Counted from the stretch's first letter, positions 9,036 through 16,303 are shown. The stretch: 32,000 nt of DNA from Pseudoalteromonas translucida KMM 520 (GCF_001465295.1 NZ_CP011034.1:1410001-1442000), one strand, 5' to 3'. Notes: generated by a model not told the origin, from the letters alone. Numbers and translations are program-made.

Positions 9036-10256
9036 ATGGCAATCAGTGACACCAAATTAAGAAAGCTGCTAGATAAAAATCAAACACCGTGCGTATTATC
9101 GCATAGAGACAGTTTAAGTGTAAGAGTATCAGCCAAAGGCACAATCACTTGGCAGTATCGTTGTCGCGTGGATAACAAACAAGTAATAATATCGCTTGGA
9201 CGTTATCCAGGGCTAAGTATAAAAGAAGCGCAAGACTACATACCACTACTTCAAAACTGGCTAAGCCAGGATAAAGACCCACGAACCGAACTAAAGCTTA
9301 TGCGTAACCAAGCCAAAGGTTTGCCAACAATGGCAAAAGTGGCAACCGACTGGTTAAATAAAAAAGTACCCGACCTAAAAGAAAAAACCCAAACTTTATA
9401 CACAAACCAAGTGGGCAAATGGATAGTGCCGCTTTTAAATGACGAAGCAATGCCACTCGACCTAATGACCATAAAAGACTGGTTTATTTATTTTGATAAA
9501 GTTAAAGAGCAAGGCAGCGCCAAAACTGCCGGCACAATATTAGTGCGCATAAAATCAATAATAGGCTGGGCCGAAAAACGCGGTGAAGCAAAACCATTTA
9601 ACCCAGTACTAACCTTAAACGTAAACGACGTAGGCGAACAAGCAACAATAGGCCAGCGCGTAATGCGCTTTGATGAAATAGCAAAACTGTGGATACAAAT
9701 AGAAAGCTCAAAAGCCACGCCAGCTACCAAAGCATGTTTGCAATTAATTTATATAACAGGCGCTAGGCAATCAGAAGTTCGCTTGGCCAAGTGGGAGCAT
9801 TTCGACTTTGATAACAACATTTGGACAGTACCGCCCGAAAACTCAAAAACAAACCAAGCCATACGCAGGCCAATATCTAAAAAAATGCACAGCATATTAA
9901 ATACACTTGCCATGGTTTACGGCAAAAGCGGCTATTTAATACCGGGCAATAACCCGCGCAAACCAGTAACCACCCACAGCATAAACCGTTACTGCTGCAG
10001 AATGTGGGATCACTTGTTTACTAAGTACAAAACACCCAAGTTTTTACCACATGACGCCCGCCGTTCAATATCAACATTACTCAGCGAAAACGGCATAGCG
10101 CCACACGTAACAGAAAAAATGCTAGGCCACACAATGCGTGGAGTAATGGCAATTTATAACAAACACGACTGGATAAAAGAGCAGGCTGAAGGGTACGAAC
10201 TATATTGCCAATTCATAGATAAGGCGATAGAAAATGAATTTGTAAAGAGCAATTAA
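9036..10256 (+). CDS. int: Tyrosine recombinase / phage integrase, P4-like (N-terminal DUF4102-type arm-binding domain)
   Basis: 406 aa. N-terminus ISDTKLRKL...SLSVRVSAKGTITWQYRCRV is typical of P4-family integrases. Catalytic residues are in order: TGARQSEV (R), HDARRS (H-x-x-R), MLGHT (H) and AIYNKH (Y). Confidence 0.9.
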   Translation: MAISDTKLRKLLDKNQTPCVLSHRDSLSVRVSAKGTITWQYRCRVDNKQVIISLGRYPGLSIKEAQDYIPLLQNWLSQDKDPRTELKLMRNQAKGLPTMAKVATDWLNKKVPDLKEKTQTLYTNQVGKWIVPLLNDEAMPLDLMTIKDWFIYFDKVKEQGSAKTAGTILVRIKSIIGWAEKRGEAKPFNPVLTLNVNDVGEQATIGQRVMRFDEIAKLWIQIESSKATPATKACLQLIYITGARQSEVRLAKWEHFDFDNNIWTVPPENSKTNQAIRRPISKKMHSILNTLAMVYGKSGYLIPGNNPRKPVTTHSINRYCCRMWDHLFTKYKTPKFLPHDARRSISTLLSENGIAPHVTEKMLGHTMRGVMAIYNKHDWIKEQAEGYELYCQFIDKAIENEFVKSN

Positions 10257-10367
10257 CTTTGAATCATAAAGTGTAGTAATATCAAATAGTATATAGTCGG
10301 AAAAGAGGTTAAAGTGTTGTTAACTTCTAATATCTCTCGTTAAATACTTACTGTAAAGGAATATGTA

Positions 10368-10712
10368 ATGAATTACCTGTTTTCAGCTATAGATCCAAGT
10401 TATGTTCATAAAGATTTATTTGGGATTGGAGCGATTTTTGATTTAGAAAATGGTCAACAGGGATGGAGTGAAATTCAAGATATAACAGTCGGAGATAAAG
10501 CCGCTGTAATTAATGTGAAACGCAATATCCCAGTTCTATATGAAGTTACAAAAATCGAAAAGTCAGATAAACAGATCGTCGTTTTTGGAAGAGTGATAGA
10601 CAGAATTGATATGAATTATGAAAAGTTTATTCGCCAACATAATATTACTAGCAGTCGTATAAGTTCCAATCATCAGATGATGCAAGGCTTTAATTTGGCT
10701 ATATGGAAATAA
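10368..10712 (+). CDS. Hypothetical protein (cargo island gene 1)
   Basis: 114-aa ORF behind SD AAGGA, in a very AT-rich region. Looks like a beta-strand-rich small soluble protein. No motif recognised. Confidence 0.55.
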   Translation: MNYLFSAIDPSYVHKDLFGIGAIFDLENGQQGWSEIQDITVGDKAAVINVKRNIPVLYEVTKIEKSDKQIVVFGRVIDRIDMNYEKFIRQHNITSSRISSNHQMMQGFNLAIWK

Positions 10713-10850
10713 ACCCTAACAAAATAAATCTATAATATTTATTTGCAAATGACAGTGATTTTAAATGATCCATTGTGCTTATATATTAGGTAGATAATTT
10801 TAAGTCTGTAAATAATTTTTATTCAATTAATTAAAATCTTAGGAGCTACT

Positions 10851-11261
10851 TTGAACAACAAACTTATTGGTGACTCGGGCGAATACTTCGTCTCATATAA
10901 TTTATCCCGAAGAGGGTTATCTTGTGCTCTTATGAACAATGGAGCAAAAGGCGTAGATATTCTTGTTACCGACGATGGAAAAAGCGTTGTTAGCATTCAG
11001 GTTAAAACCTCTCAAGGAAAGTCTCAGCCTAGACAGTGGATGGTTGGAAAGAACGCGCCGAGTGCTTCCAATAATTTTTTCTTCGTTTTTTGTAATATTT
11101 GGAAGGATTTCGACAAGGCCCCTGAGGTATTCATTATTCCTAGTCAGTACGTCAAAGATAATGTCAATTGGGACTCCACAGCCCCCTTATTTAAGATAAC
11201 ACCAGAGGTTGCAGATAAGTATCGAGAAAATTGGGAACAAATACTTGCACTCTTTATCTAA
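10851..11261 (+). CDS. Small PD-(D/E)XK-like (Hjc/restriction-endonuclease-fold-like) protein, putative nuclease (cargo island gene 2)
   Basis: 136 aa. TTG start 5 nt after a strong SD, AGGAG at 10841-10845. GDSGEYFVSYNLSRRG...GVDILV...VVSIQVKT gives an E11...D36...Q50-x-K52 arrangement on an alpha-beta-beta-beta pattern compatible with a minimal PD-(D/E)XK core. The fold call is by eye only. Confidence 0.5.
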   Translation: MNNKLIGDSGEYFVSYNLSRRGLSCALMNNGAKGVDILVTDDGKSVVSIQVKTSQGKSQPRQWMVGKNAPSASNNFFFVFCNIWKDFDKAPEVFIIPSQYVKDNVNWDSTAPLFKITPEVADKYRENWEQILALFI

Positions 11262-11391
11262 ATGTAATTGATTAATATGCTGGTTGTATTGACCCACTAA
11301 TAAAGGTAGCAAACTGTGGTATATCCATATTATTAATTATAAATAGATAACTAAAACATTTAACAATGTGTTGATATATTAAGGGATTAAA

Positions 11392-12432
11392 GTGTCGTCG
11401 AGTGAAGAGCAATTAGATAGACTGTCTGCAGCCGCAAAAAAAAATAATAACATTACCGAGAAAATAGTTGAGAGAACAGTCACATTTTCTCAGGTTTGGT
11501 TTACTTTAATAGCACCTATCATAATAGGTGTTGCAGCTACTTATTTCACTTCTGATAAAAAAGATGATTTAGGCGGTTTAGTAATCGCACTTATTTGTAT
11601 AGTCATAGTTGGTTTTATAATAGTACATATTTTTCTATCATATATAAGCCATGAATATAGTAAAAAAGAGTCTTTATATGCTGAAATCGTAGACATGAAG
11701 CATCAAAAAGATCAAGAAGTTGGAAAATTAAGAAGTGAGTTAGCACAAAATAAATTAGGTCTTAGGAGGATAACTGATTTATATAGCAATCAAATATCAA
11801 GCCTTTACTTATCTGCGCATGCTACAGATATAGCAATAGGTGACTTAAAGAAAATGGAAATTGATGATAAAAATGTCACAGAAGATGATTTTTGGAATAA
11901 AGTAACAACCTCATTAAGTCCAATATTGCAACCACTTATTATTGAACGAGAGTCGTTATTTGGCTTCAAATCTGAAGGGAAGTATAATGTGGCTTTATAT
12001 TTTTATGATGCTGACGATGATGATTTAGGTATTGTTTGGAGGGATTGTGATAGCCGCTTACCTCAAAGGAATAGAAATTGGAAACCAGGGCATGGACATG
12101 TTGGGCTAGCATTTTTACACAAAGAGGCAAAGTTTTGTCCTGATATCACAATGAGTAGTGAGCTTAACCCAAGCTATACGAGTAGCGATGGTTCTAATTA
12201 TAGAAGTTTTATATCAATACCTATACTTAGATGTGATGATAATGGAGAAATGCTTGAAAATGATATGAAGCCGTTAGGAGTATTAGTTCTAACGAGTGCT
12301 AAACCGGAGCAATTCATAAAAGAAAGAGATTTGCGCTTTCTTACTATTATTTCTAAGCACCTTGCCATATACTTATCATCAGTAGAAACATTTTTAAGTC
12401 ACAATGTGTTGATTGAAAATGATGCAGAATAA
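11392..12432 (+). CDS. 2TM membrane protein with coiled coil and C-terminal GAF-like domain (cargo island gene 3)
   Basis: 346 aa. GTG start behind SD AAGGGA. Two hydrophobic helices: VWFTLIAPIIIGVAATYFT and LVIALICIVIVGFIIVHIFLSYI. A charged heptad-like segment follows (KESLYAEIVDMKHQKDQEVGKLRSELAQNK). The C-terminal ~150 aa show a GAF-like pattern: GHGHVGLAFLHKEAKFCPDI ... YRSFISIPIL ... PLGVLVLTS ... FIKERDLRFLTIISKHLAIYL. Confidence 0.6.
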   Translation: MSSSEEQLDRLSAAAKKNNNITEKIVERTVTFSQVWFTLIAPIIIGVAATYFTSDKKDDLGGLVIALICIVIVGFIIVHIFLSYISHEYSKKESLYAEIVDMKHQKDQEVGKLRSELAQNKLGLRRITDLYSNQISSLYLSAHATDIAIGDLKKMEIDDKNVTEDDFWNKVTTSLSPILQPLIIERESLFGFKSEGKYNVALYFYDADDDDLGIVWRDCDSRLPQRNRNWKPGHGHVGLAFLHKEAKFCPDITMSSELNPSYTSSDGSNYRSFISIPILRCDDNGEMLENDMKPLGVLVLTSAKPEQFIKERDLRFLTIISKHLAIYLSSVETFLSHNVLIENDAE

Positions 12433-12434
12433 GG

Positions 12435-12632
12435 ATGGGTAGATTTATGAAAGAAAAAAATAATGTTAAAAAACAAAATCAAAATCAAAGTAATGCTTCT
12501 ACAGAATCTTTAAGTATGTCTCAAGGTCTAGAGCTAATTAAGGCTATCAAGAACGAGCCCTCTAAAGTAGATGAATGGTTTAGTAAGCAAAGGTTAGAGA
12601 TGCACAAGTTTGCCAATACCTTAGTTAATTAA
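12435..12632 (+). CDS. Small hydrophilic protein, translationally coupled to the GAF protein (cargo island gene 4)
   Basis: 65-aa ORF starting 2 nt after the upstream stop (TAAGGATG). Rich in N, Q and K at the N-terminus, with a helical C-terminus. A terminator follows immediately. Coding status is less certain because of its size. Confidence 0.4.
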   Translation: MGRFMKEKNNVKKQNQNQSNASTESLSMSQGLELIKAIKNEPSKVDEWFSKQRLEMHKFANTLVN

Positions 12633-12636
12633 TATA

Positions 12637-12657
12637 GCCCGCCAAGCGGGCTTTTTT
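12637..12657 (+). terminator. Rho-independent terminator closing the cargo cassette
   Basis: GCCCGC-CAA-GCGGGC followed by TTTTTT, 5 nt after the stop codon at 12632. Confidence 0.85.
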
Positions 12658-12764
12658 GTGCCGGTATAAATGTCACCTCGGGCCAAACGGCCCAACCTTG
12701 TTTTAACCTTAACGGTAACTTAGTATATAAGTTTGCAATATTATGGAAAATAAAAGGATTAGGC

Positions 12765-13355
12765 ATGTTAAAAATTATTGGTTGGGTATTAGGTATTGTA
12801 GCAATTGGCTTTGTGGGTATGTACTTCGACAAAGGCGAGTTTTTAGCCGGGTTCGTTTGTGTGCTAGCAATTGGTTTTTTAATACCGCCGTTGTTAAATA
12901 AAATAAATAAAAACAGCAAAGAAAGCGCAGAAAAAAAAGGCAAAGAATATAAAGAGCTAACGCCAAAATCCAGTATCATCGGTGGCGTTGTGTTGCTTAT
13001 AATTGCAGCTATCATGGGTAATGGAAGTAGCAACAATGAACAAGTAGCATTACCAAGCTGGTATGACAGTAGCGCAACAGAGCTAGTATCAAAAAAAGCA
13101 TCTGATTGGCACAAAGCAACCGACTCACAAAAGCTATCAGCAAGCGCAGATATAATTTATACAGTATGGAAAGATGGTAAATTAAAGCCAAAAATCAGCA
13201 ATAAAATTAAAAGCGTTGACGACATAAAGCCATTTGCTAATGGCCTAGCAAAAGAATTAGATAAAGCTTTTGATGGCAGCCCATCAGAAACAGGCGCTAA
13301 CCCAGCCATTAAAGAAGGAGCTGTTACGCTACTAGTTCTTAATGGATGGATATAA
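12765..13355 (+). CDS. Membrane protein of unknown function (stand-alone moron; possible superinfection-exclusion type)
   Basis: 196 aa. SD AAGGA lies 6 nt before the ATG. Three hydrophobic segments in the first ~90 aa (IIGWVLGIVAIGFVGMYF, FLAGFVCVLAIGFLIPPLL, IIGGVVLLIIAAIMG), then a soluble K/D-rich domain. Bracketed by two terminators. The opposite-strand ORF 12629-13114 was rejected. Confidence 0.65.
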   Translation: MLKIIGWVLGIVAIGFVGMYFDKGEFLAGFVCVLAIGFLIPPLLNKINKNSKESAEKKGKEYKELTPKSSIIGGVVLLIIAAIMGNGSSNNEQVALPSWYDSSATELVSKKASDWHKATDSQKLSASADIIYTVWKDGKLKPKISNKIKSVDDIKPFANGLAKELDKAFDGSPSETGANPAIKEGAVTLLVLNGWI

Positions 13356-13373
13356 ATAAACACCAAACAAACA

Positions 13374-13396
13374 GCCCGCACTTAGCGGGCTTTTTT
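13374..13396. terminator. Rho-independent terminator (probably serves both the moron and the convergent CI gene)
   Basis: GCCCGC-ACTTA-GCGGGC followed by TTTTTT. It lies between the stop at 13355 (+) and the stop at 13416 (-). The stem and tail are identical to those of the terminator at 12637. Confidence 0.8.
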
Positions 13397-13415
13397 GTGC
13401 CTGCAATTTAGCAAA

Positions 13416-14036
13416 CTAAAACGACTTACCTGCAAATATTATTTTACCTACCAACGTACAGTTGCCGTTTATTGCTATTAGTTGTTCTGGCCAGTTAGGG
13501 TTAGCTGCTTTTAAAAACTTTTGGCCGCTTTCAATTATAAGCTGTTTAAAGGTGGCTTCGTTGTTGTCATCTAAACGCGCTACTACGTACGAACCGTGTA
13601 TGCACTCGGCTTCAGGGTCCACAAAAATTAAATCGCCCTCATAAAATTTAGGCTCCATGCTCACGCCTTGCACTTTCAATACAAACGTTAGATCACTGCA
13701 ATTAACTGGGCACATAAAGCGTTCGGCATCATAGGCTTTAATTTCGCTAATTTCAGACCATGCACCTGCTTGTACCCAGCTTATAAGCGGGGCAGTTGCC
13801 TTAATTGCTGGTCCTGGCGAAACGTTACTATTTATGTTTTCAATTACACCAAATTGCAAAAATTCAGGAGTGCACTGTAACGCTTTTGCTAGTTCATTTA
13901 TTTTTTTAGTAGTTTTAGTTGTTCCATCTTCAATCCTTTGGAGTGATTGCTGAGCTATCCCAATCATTTCTGAAAGCTTAACTTGAGTTAAATCTAGTTC
14001 TTTTCTTCTTTCTTTTACTCTTTTTCCAATGCTCAT
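13416..14036 (-). CDS. CI-type prophage repressor: XRE HTH plus LexA-like S24 autopeptidase domain
   Basis: 206 aa. N-terminal HTH is RRKELDLTQVKLSEMIGIAQQSLQRIEDG. The C-terminal S24 domain carries the catalytic Ser block VQGVSMEPKF and the Lys in LVGKIIF. It is divergent from a Cro-like gene. Confidence 0.9.
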   Translation of the reverse strand: MSIGKRVKERRKELDLTQVKLSEMIGIAQQSLQRIEDGTTKTTKKINELAKALQCTPEFLQFGVIENINSNVSPGPAIKATAPLISWVQAGAWSEISEIKAYDAERFMCPVNCSDLTFVLKVQGVSMEPKFYEGDLIFVDPEAECIHGSYVVARLDDNNEATFKQLIIESGQKFLKAANPNWPEQLIAINGNCTLVGKIIFAGKSF

Positions 14037-14080
14037 AAGTAGTCCCTTCTTATCAAAAACAGTTAATTAAGTTAAATAAA

Positions 14081-14171
14081 TACAGTCAAATTACAGCTTA
14101 TAACTATTTTACAGCTAAAACAGGTATTGACAACCACGCTGCAACTGTATTTAATACAGCTACAAACTGTA
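14081..14171. promoter_or_regulatory. Immunity switch region: divergent promoters with repeated TACAG/CTGTA operator half-sites
   Basis: TACAG occurs at 14081, 14092, 14110 and 14155; CTGTA occurs at 14145 and 14167. TACAGCT is repeated exactly at 14092, 14110 and 14155. The rightward promoter candidate is TTGACA (14127-14132)-N17-TTTAAT (14150-14155). It is overlapped by the palindrome CTGTAT-TTA-ATACAG (14145-14159). Confidence 0.6.
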
Positions 14172-14187
14172 ATAAAGGCGTTGAATT

Positions 14188-14406
14188 ATGAATAACATCG
14201 CTAAAGCTGTAAAAATCTATGGCGGGCAAACCAAGTTAGGCAACGCCCTAGGTGTAAAACAAGCTTCTGTGTGGGATTGGATGAATAAGTACGGCCAAGC
14301 CCCAGCGAAATACATTACCCGTATTTCAGAACTAACAAACGGCCAAGTAACAATAGATGAGCTACTAGCCGACCACGTAAAAACCGACAAGGAGAGCGCA
14401 GCATGA
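14188..14406 (+). CDS. Cro-like / YdaS-type HTH regulator
   Basis: 72 aa. GGQTKLGNALGVKQASVWDWMNK is a YdaS/Cro-type HTH. It is the first gene of the rightward early operon, divergent from CI. Confidence 0.75.
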   Translation: MNNIAKAVKIYGGQTKLGNALGVKQASVWDWMNKYGQAPAKYITRISELTNGQVTIDELLADHVKTDKESAA

Positions 14407-14696
14407 GCAATGAACAGCAAATAATTATGCTCGATATTCACCCAGACGCAAAAGCAATGTTGTTTGCACTACTACAAGAAAACAACCAATTGCGCGCTGA
14501 GCTTGAAGAGCAAAAAGACCGCTTAGTAAACAGTGCAGAAGCCATGGAAGTTTTAGGCTGTGCCCACGCCAAGTTTTGGAAACTCAATAAAATGGCTGGG
14601 TTTCCAAAGCCGGTGCAATTTGGCAAAAGCAACTACTACCGCATAAACGAGCTAATAGCATTTAGAACCAAGTACCAACAAAACGTGAATAACTAG
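14403..14696 (+). CDS. AlpA/excisionase-like HTH protein (possible Cox/Xis analogue)
   Basis: 97 aa. Coiled-coil N-terminus, then SAEAMEVLGCAHAKFWKLNKMAGFPKPVQFGKSNYYRINELIAF. This resembles AlpA/Xis-type winged-helix DNA-binding domains. Its 4-nt overlap with the upstream gene (ATGA) indicates coupling. Confidence 0.5.
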   Translation: MSNEQQIIMLDIHPDAKAMLFALLQENNQLRAELEEQKDRLVNSAEAMEVLGCAHAKFWKLNKMAGFPKPVQFGKSNYYRINELIAFRTKYQQNVNN

Positions 14697-14706
14697 GAGC
14701 AGGGCA

Positions 14707-14979
14707 ATGAGCACATACCAAGTATTTAGTCGTGAAACGTTAAGCAGCTTTAAAACATTAGCAGAGCAATGCCGCTATTTATTGAGCTGCAAAATTACCA
14801 CCCGCAAAGCGGTGTTTGGTTTTGACCCAGTATTTCAAGCGCGTGTTGGTGATTTTGACTTACCGGTTTATTGCAATGGCGACGAGTACCAAACAATACA
14901 AAAAGCAGTTTTCTGGTTAAAAACACAAGCAACTAATTACCTAAATGCAGCAACACGCAGTCAGCAAGGAGTTAATTAA
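14707..14979 (+). CDS. Hypothetical early protein
   Basis: 90-aa ORF, tightly packed in the early operon with phage-core composition. No motif recognised. Confidence 0.5.
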   Translation: MSTYQVFSRETLSSFKTLAEQCRYLLSCKITTRKAVFGFDPVFQARVGDFDLPVYCNGDEYQTIQKAVFWLKTQATNYLNAATRSQQGVN

Positions 14980-14980
14980 C

Positions 14981-15367
14981 ATGGCAAACACAGCTATTAA
15001 CTACCCAAGCCAAGCGCCACTAAAAGCAGTAACTGGCCGCCACATACCAAAAGGCTTAGCCGAAATAAAAGCATTAATGGGCAGCGAGCGCCACACGCCA
15101 GAATACGTTTACAACAAAGTATTAAGCCCACAAGAGCGCACATTGGTATGTTTTGCAGCAGGTTTAAAGCGCCACCATTTAGAAAGTGGCTTTGCTAATT
15201 TTGATGCAGAAACCCGCTTAAAAATACACAAGGCCATTTTGCAAATGGAGCAATTAGTAAAAGCATTTACCGACGCTAACGCCATGGCCCCCGCTAAGTT
15301 TGTGCAGCATGCACCGGTTGAGCCTGCCAATACCAATTATTCACATTTAACCATTACTAAGGGCTGA
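14981..15367 (+). CDS. Hypothetical early protein
   Basis: I prefer ATG 14981 (MANTAINYPS...), which lies behind SD AAGGA (14967-14971) and 1 nt after the upstream stop. The tracked start at 14945 is not preferred. About 128 aa. No motif recognised. Confidence 0.5.
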   Translation: MANTAINYPSQAPLKAVTGRHIPKGLAEIKALMGSERHTPEYVYNKVLSPQERTLVCFAAGLKRHHLESGFANFDAETRLKIHKAILQMEQLVKAFTDANAMAPAKFVQHAPVEPANTNYSHLTITKG

Positions 15368-15369
15368 TC

Positions 15370-15969
15370 ATGACTCCCGACCAGCTAATAAACCAAGACA
15401 GTGGCAATGTTGAGTTCTACACGCCCGCTAAAGTTTTGCAGTATGTGCACCAAATGTTTCCGGTTATTGATTTAGACCCAGCAAGTTGCGCGGTGGCTAA
15501 CGAGTCAGTAAAAGCAACGTGTTACTTAACCGAAAAAGACGATGCATTAACACGAAATTGGATAGCAAACAGGGTTTGGTTAAATCACCCATTCAATAAA
15601 GGTGAAATAGCCTGCAAGCCAAAGTGCGTTAAAAAAGTGTGTAACGACCCTAGTTATAGTAAATATCGCGGCCACTGCATTACCGAAGGCATAGCAAGCA
15701 ACGGCGATTGGATTGACTATTACCTAGACCAATATGCGCAAGGTAACTTTAAAGAAGCAATGAACATCACCTTTGTTAATAGCTCAGAAGCATGGTGCCA
15801 AAAGTTATTAAAAGCAGGTTTAAGCTGCTTTATTGATGGCAGAACACACTTTAACGATGCGCAAGGCAACGTAAAAAAGGGCGCACCAAAAGGCTGTTTT
15901 ATTACTTACCTTGGCGATAGAACAGACGAGTTCCGCGCCATATTCTCAGCGCTTGGAGTAGTGAAGTAA
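15370..15969 (+). CDS. Phage DNA N6-adenine methyltransferase-like protein (Dam, PF05869-like) with atypical motif IV
   Basis: 199 aa. EFYTP...IDLDPAS...ALTRNW...RVWLNHPF matches the layout of phage Dam proteins (YTP, DLDP, then vWLNPPY). Motif IV reads NHPF instead of NPPY/F. A Cys-rich insert follows (CKPKCVKKVCND...GHC). Confidence 0.55.
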   Translation: MTPDQLINQDSGNVEFYTPAKVLQYVHQMFPVIDLDPASCAVANESVKATCYLTEKDDALTRNWIANRVWLNHPFNKGEIACKPKCVKKVCNDPSYSKYRGHCITEGIASNGDWIDYYLDQYAQGNFKEAMNITFVNSSEAWCQKLLKAGLSCFIDGRTHFNDAQGNVKKGAPKGCFITYLGDRTDEFRAIFSALGVVK

Positions 15970-16283
15970 TGAAACTACACCCAAAAGCAAAAGCGGCACT
16001 TGGCTATTACAACGCACACAGAAAAGAGCGCGATATAGCAAAGTGTGATTTTCAAAAAGCGGTAAATGCATTATGCGACTTAAAAAAGTACGCGCCGAAA
16101 ATTGCAAAGCGCATAAATGCGCTTGGTCGTTATAGCTCAAACAGCTGGTACGCCTACTCAATGGCTGAGTTCGATATTCAGCTTGATAACGATGTGAGGC
16201 TTTTAGATGCATACCACAACATCGACCCGATAAGCCCTGACGAGCCAGACCTAACCGAATTTTTAAACGACATTCCATTTTAA
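15969..16283 (+). CDS. Hypothetical early protein
   Basis: 104-aa ORF. Its start overlaps the upstream stop (TAATG). No motif recognised. Confidence 0.5.
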   Translation: MKLHPKAKAALGYYNAHRKERDIAKCDFQKAVNALCDLKKYAPKIAKRINALGRYSSNSWYAYSMAEFDIQLDNDVRLLDAYHNIDPISPDEPDLTEFLNDIPF

Positions 16284-16303
16284 CCCCCAAGGACACTAAA
16301 AAA

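Noticed and set aside
10305-10341. Nine-codon mini-ORF (GTG TTG TTA ACT TCT AAT ATC TCT CGT TAA) behind an AGAGG upstream of cargo gene 1
   Set aside because: Too short to support, and such ORFs arise by chance in AT-rich DNA. No attenuator structure seen.
12629-13114. 161-aa minus-strand ORF opposite the 12765-13355 membrane-protein gene
   Set aside because: It would start inside and run through the terminator at 12637 and has no SD. The plus-strand gene has an SD, a promoter-like sequence and flanking terminators.
14145-14159. CTGTATTTAATACAG as a LexA box in the CI/Cro region
   Set aside because: The spacing is CTGT-N7-ACAG (15 nt), not the canonical N8 (16 nt). It is more likely the CI operator. 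Kept only as a comment in a finding.
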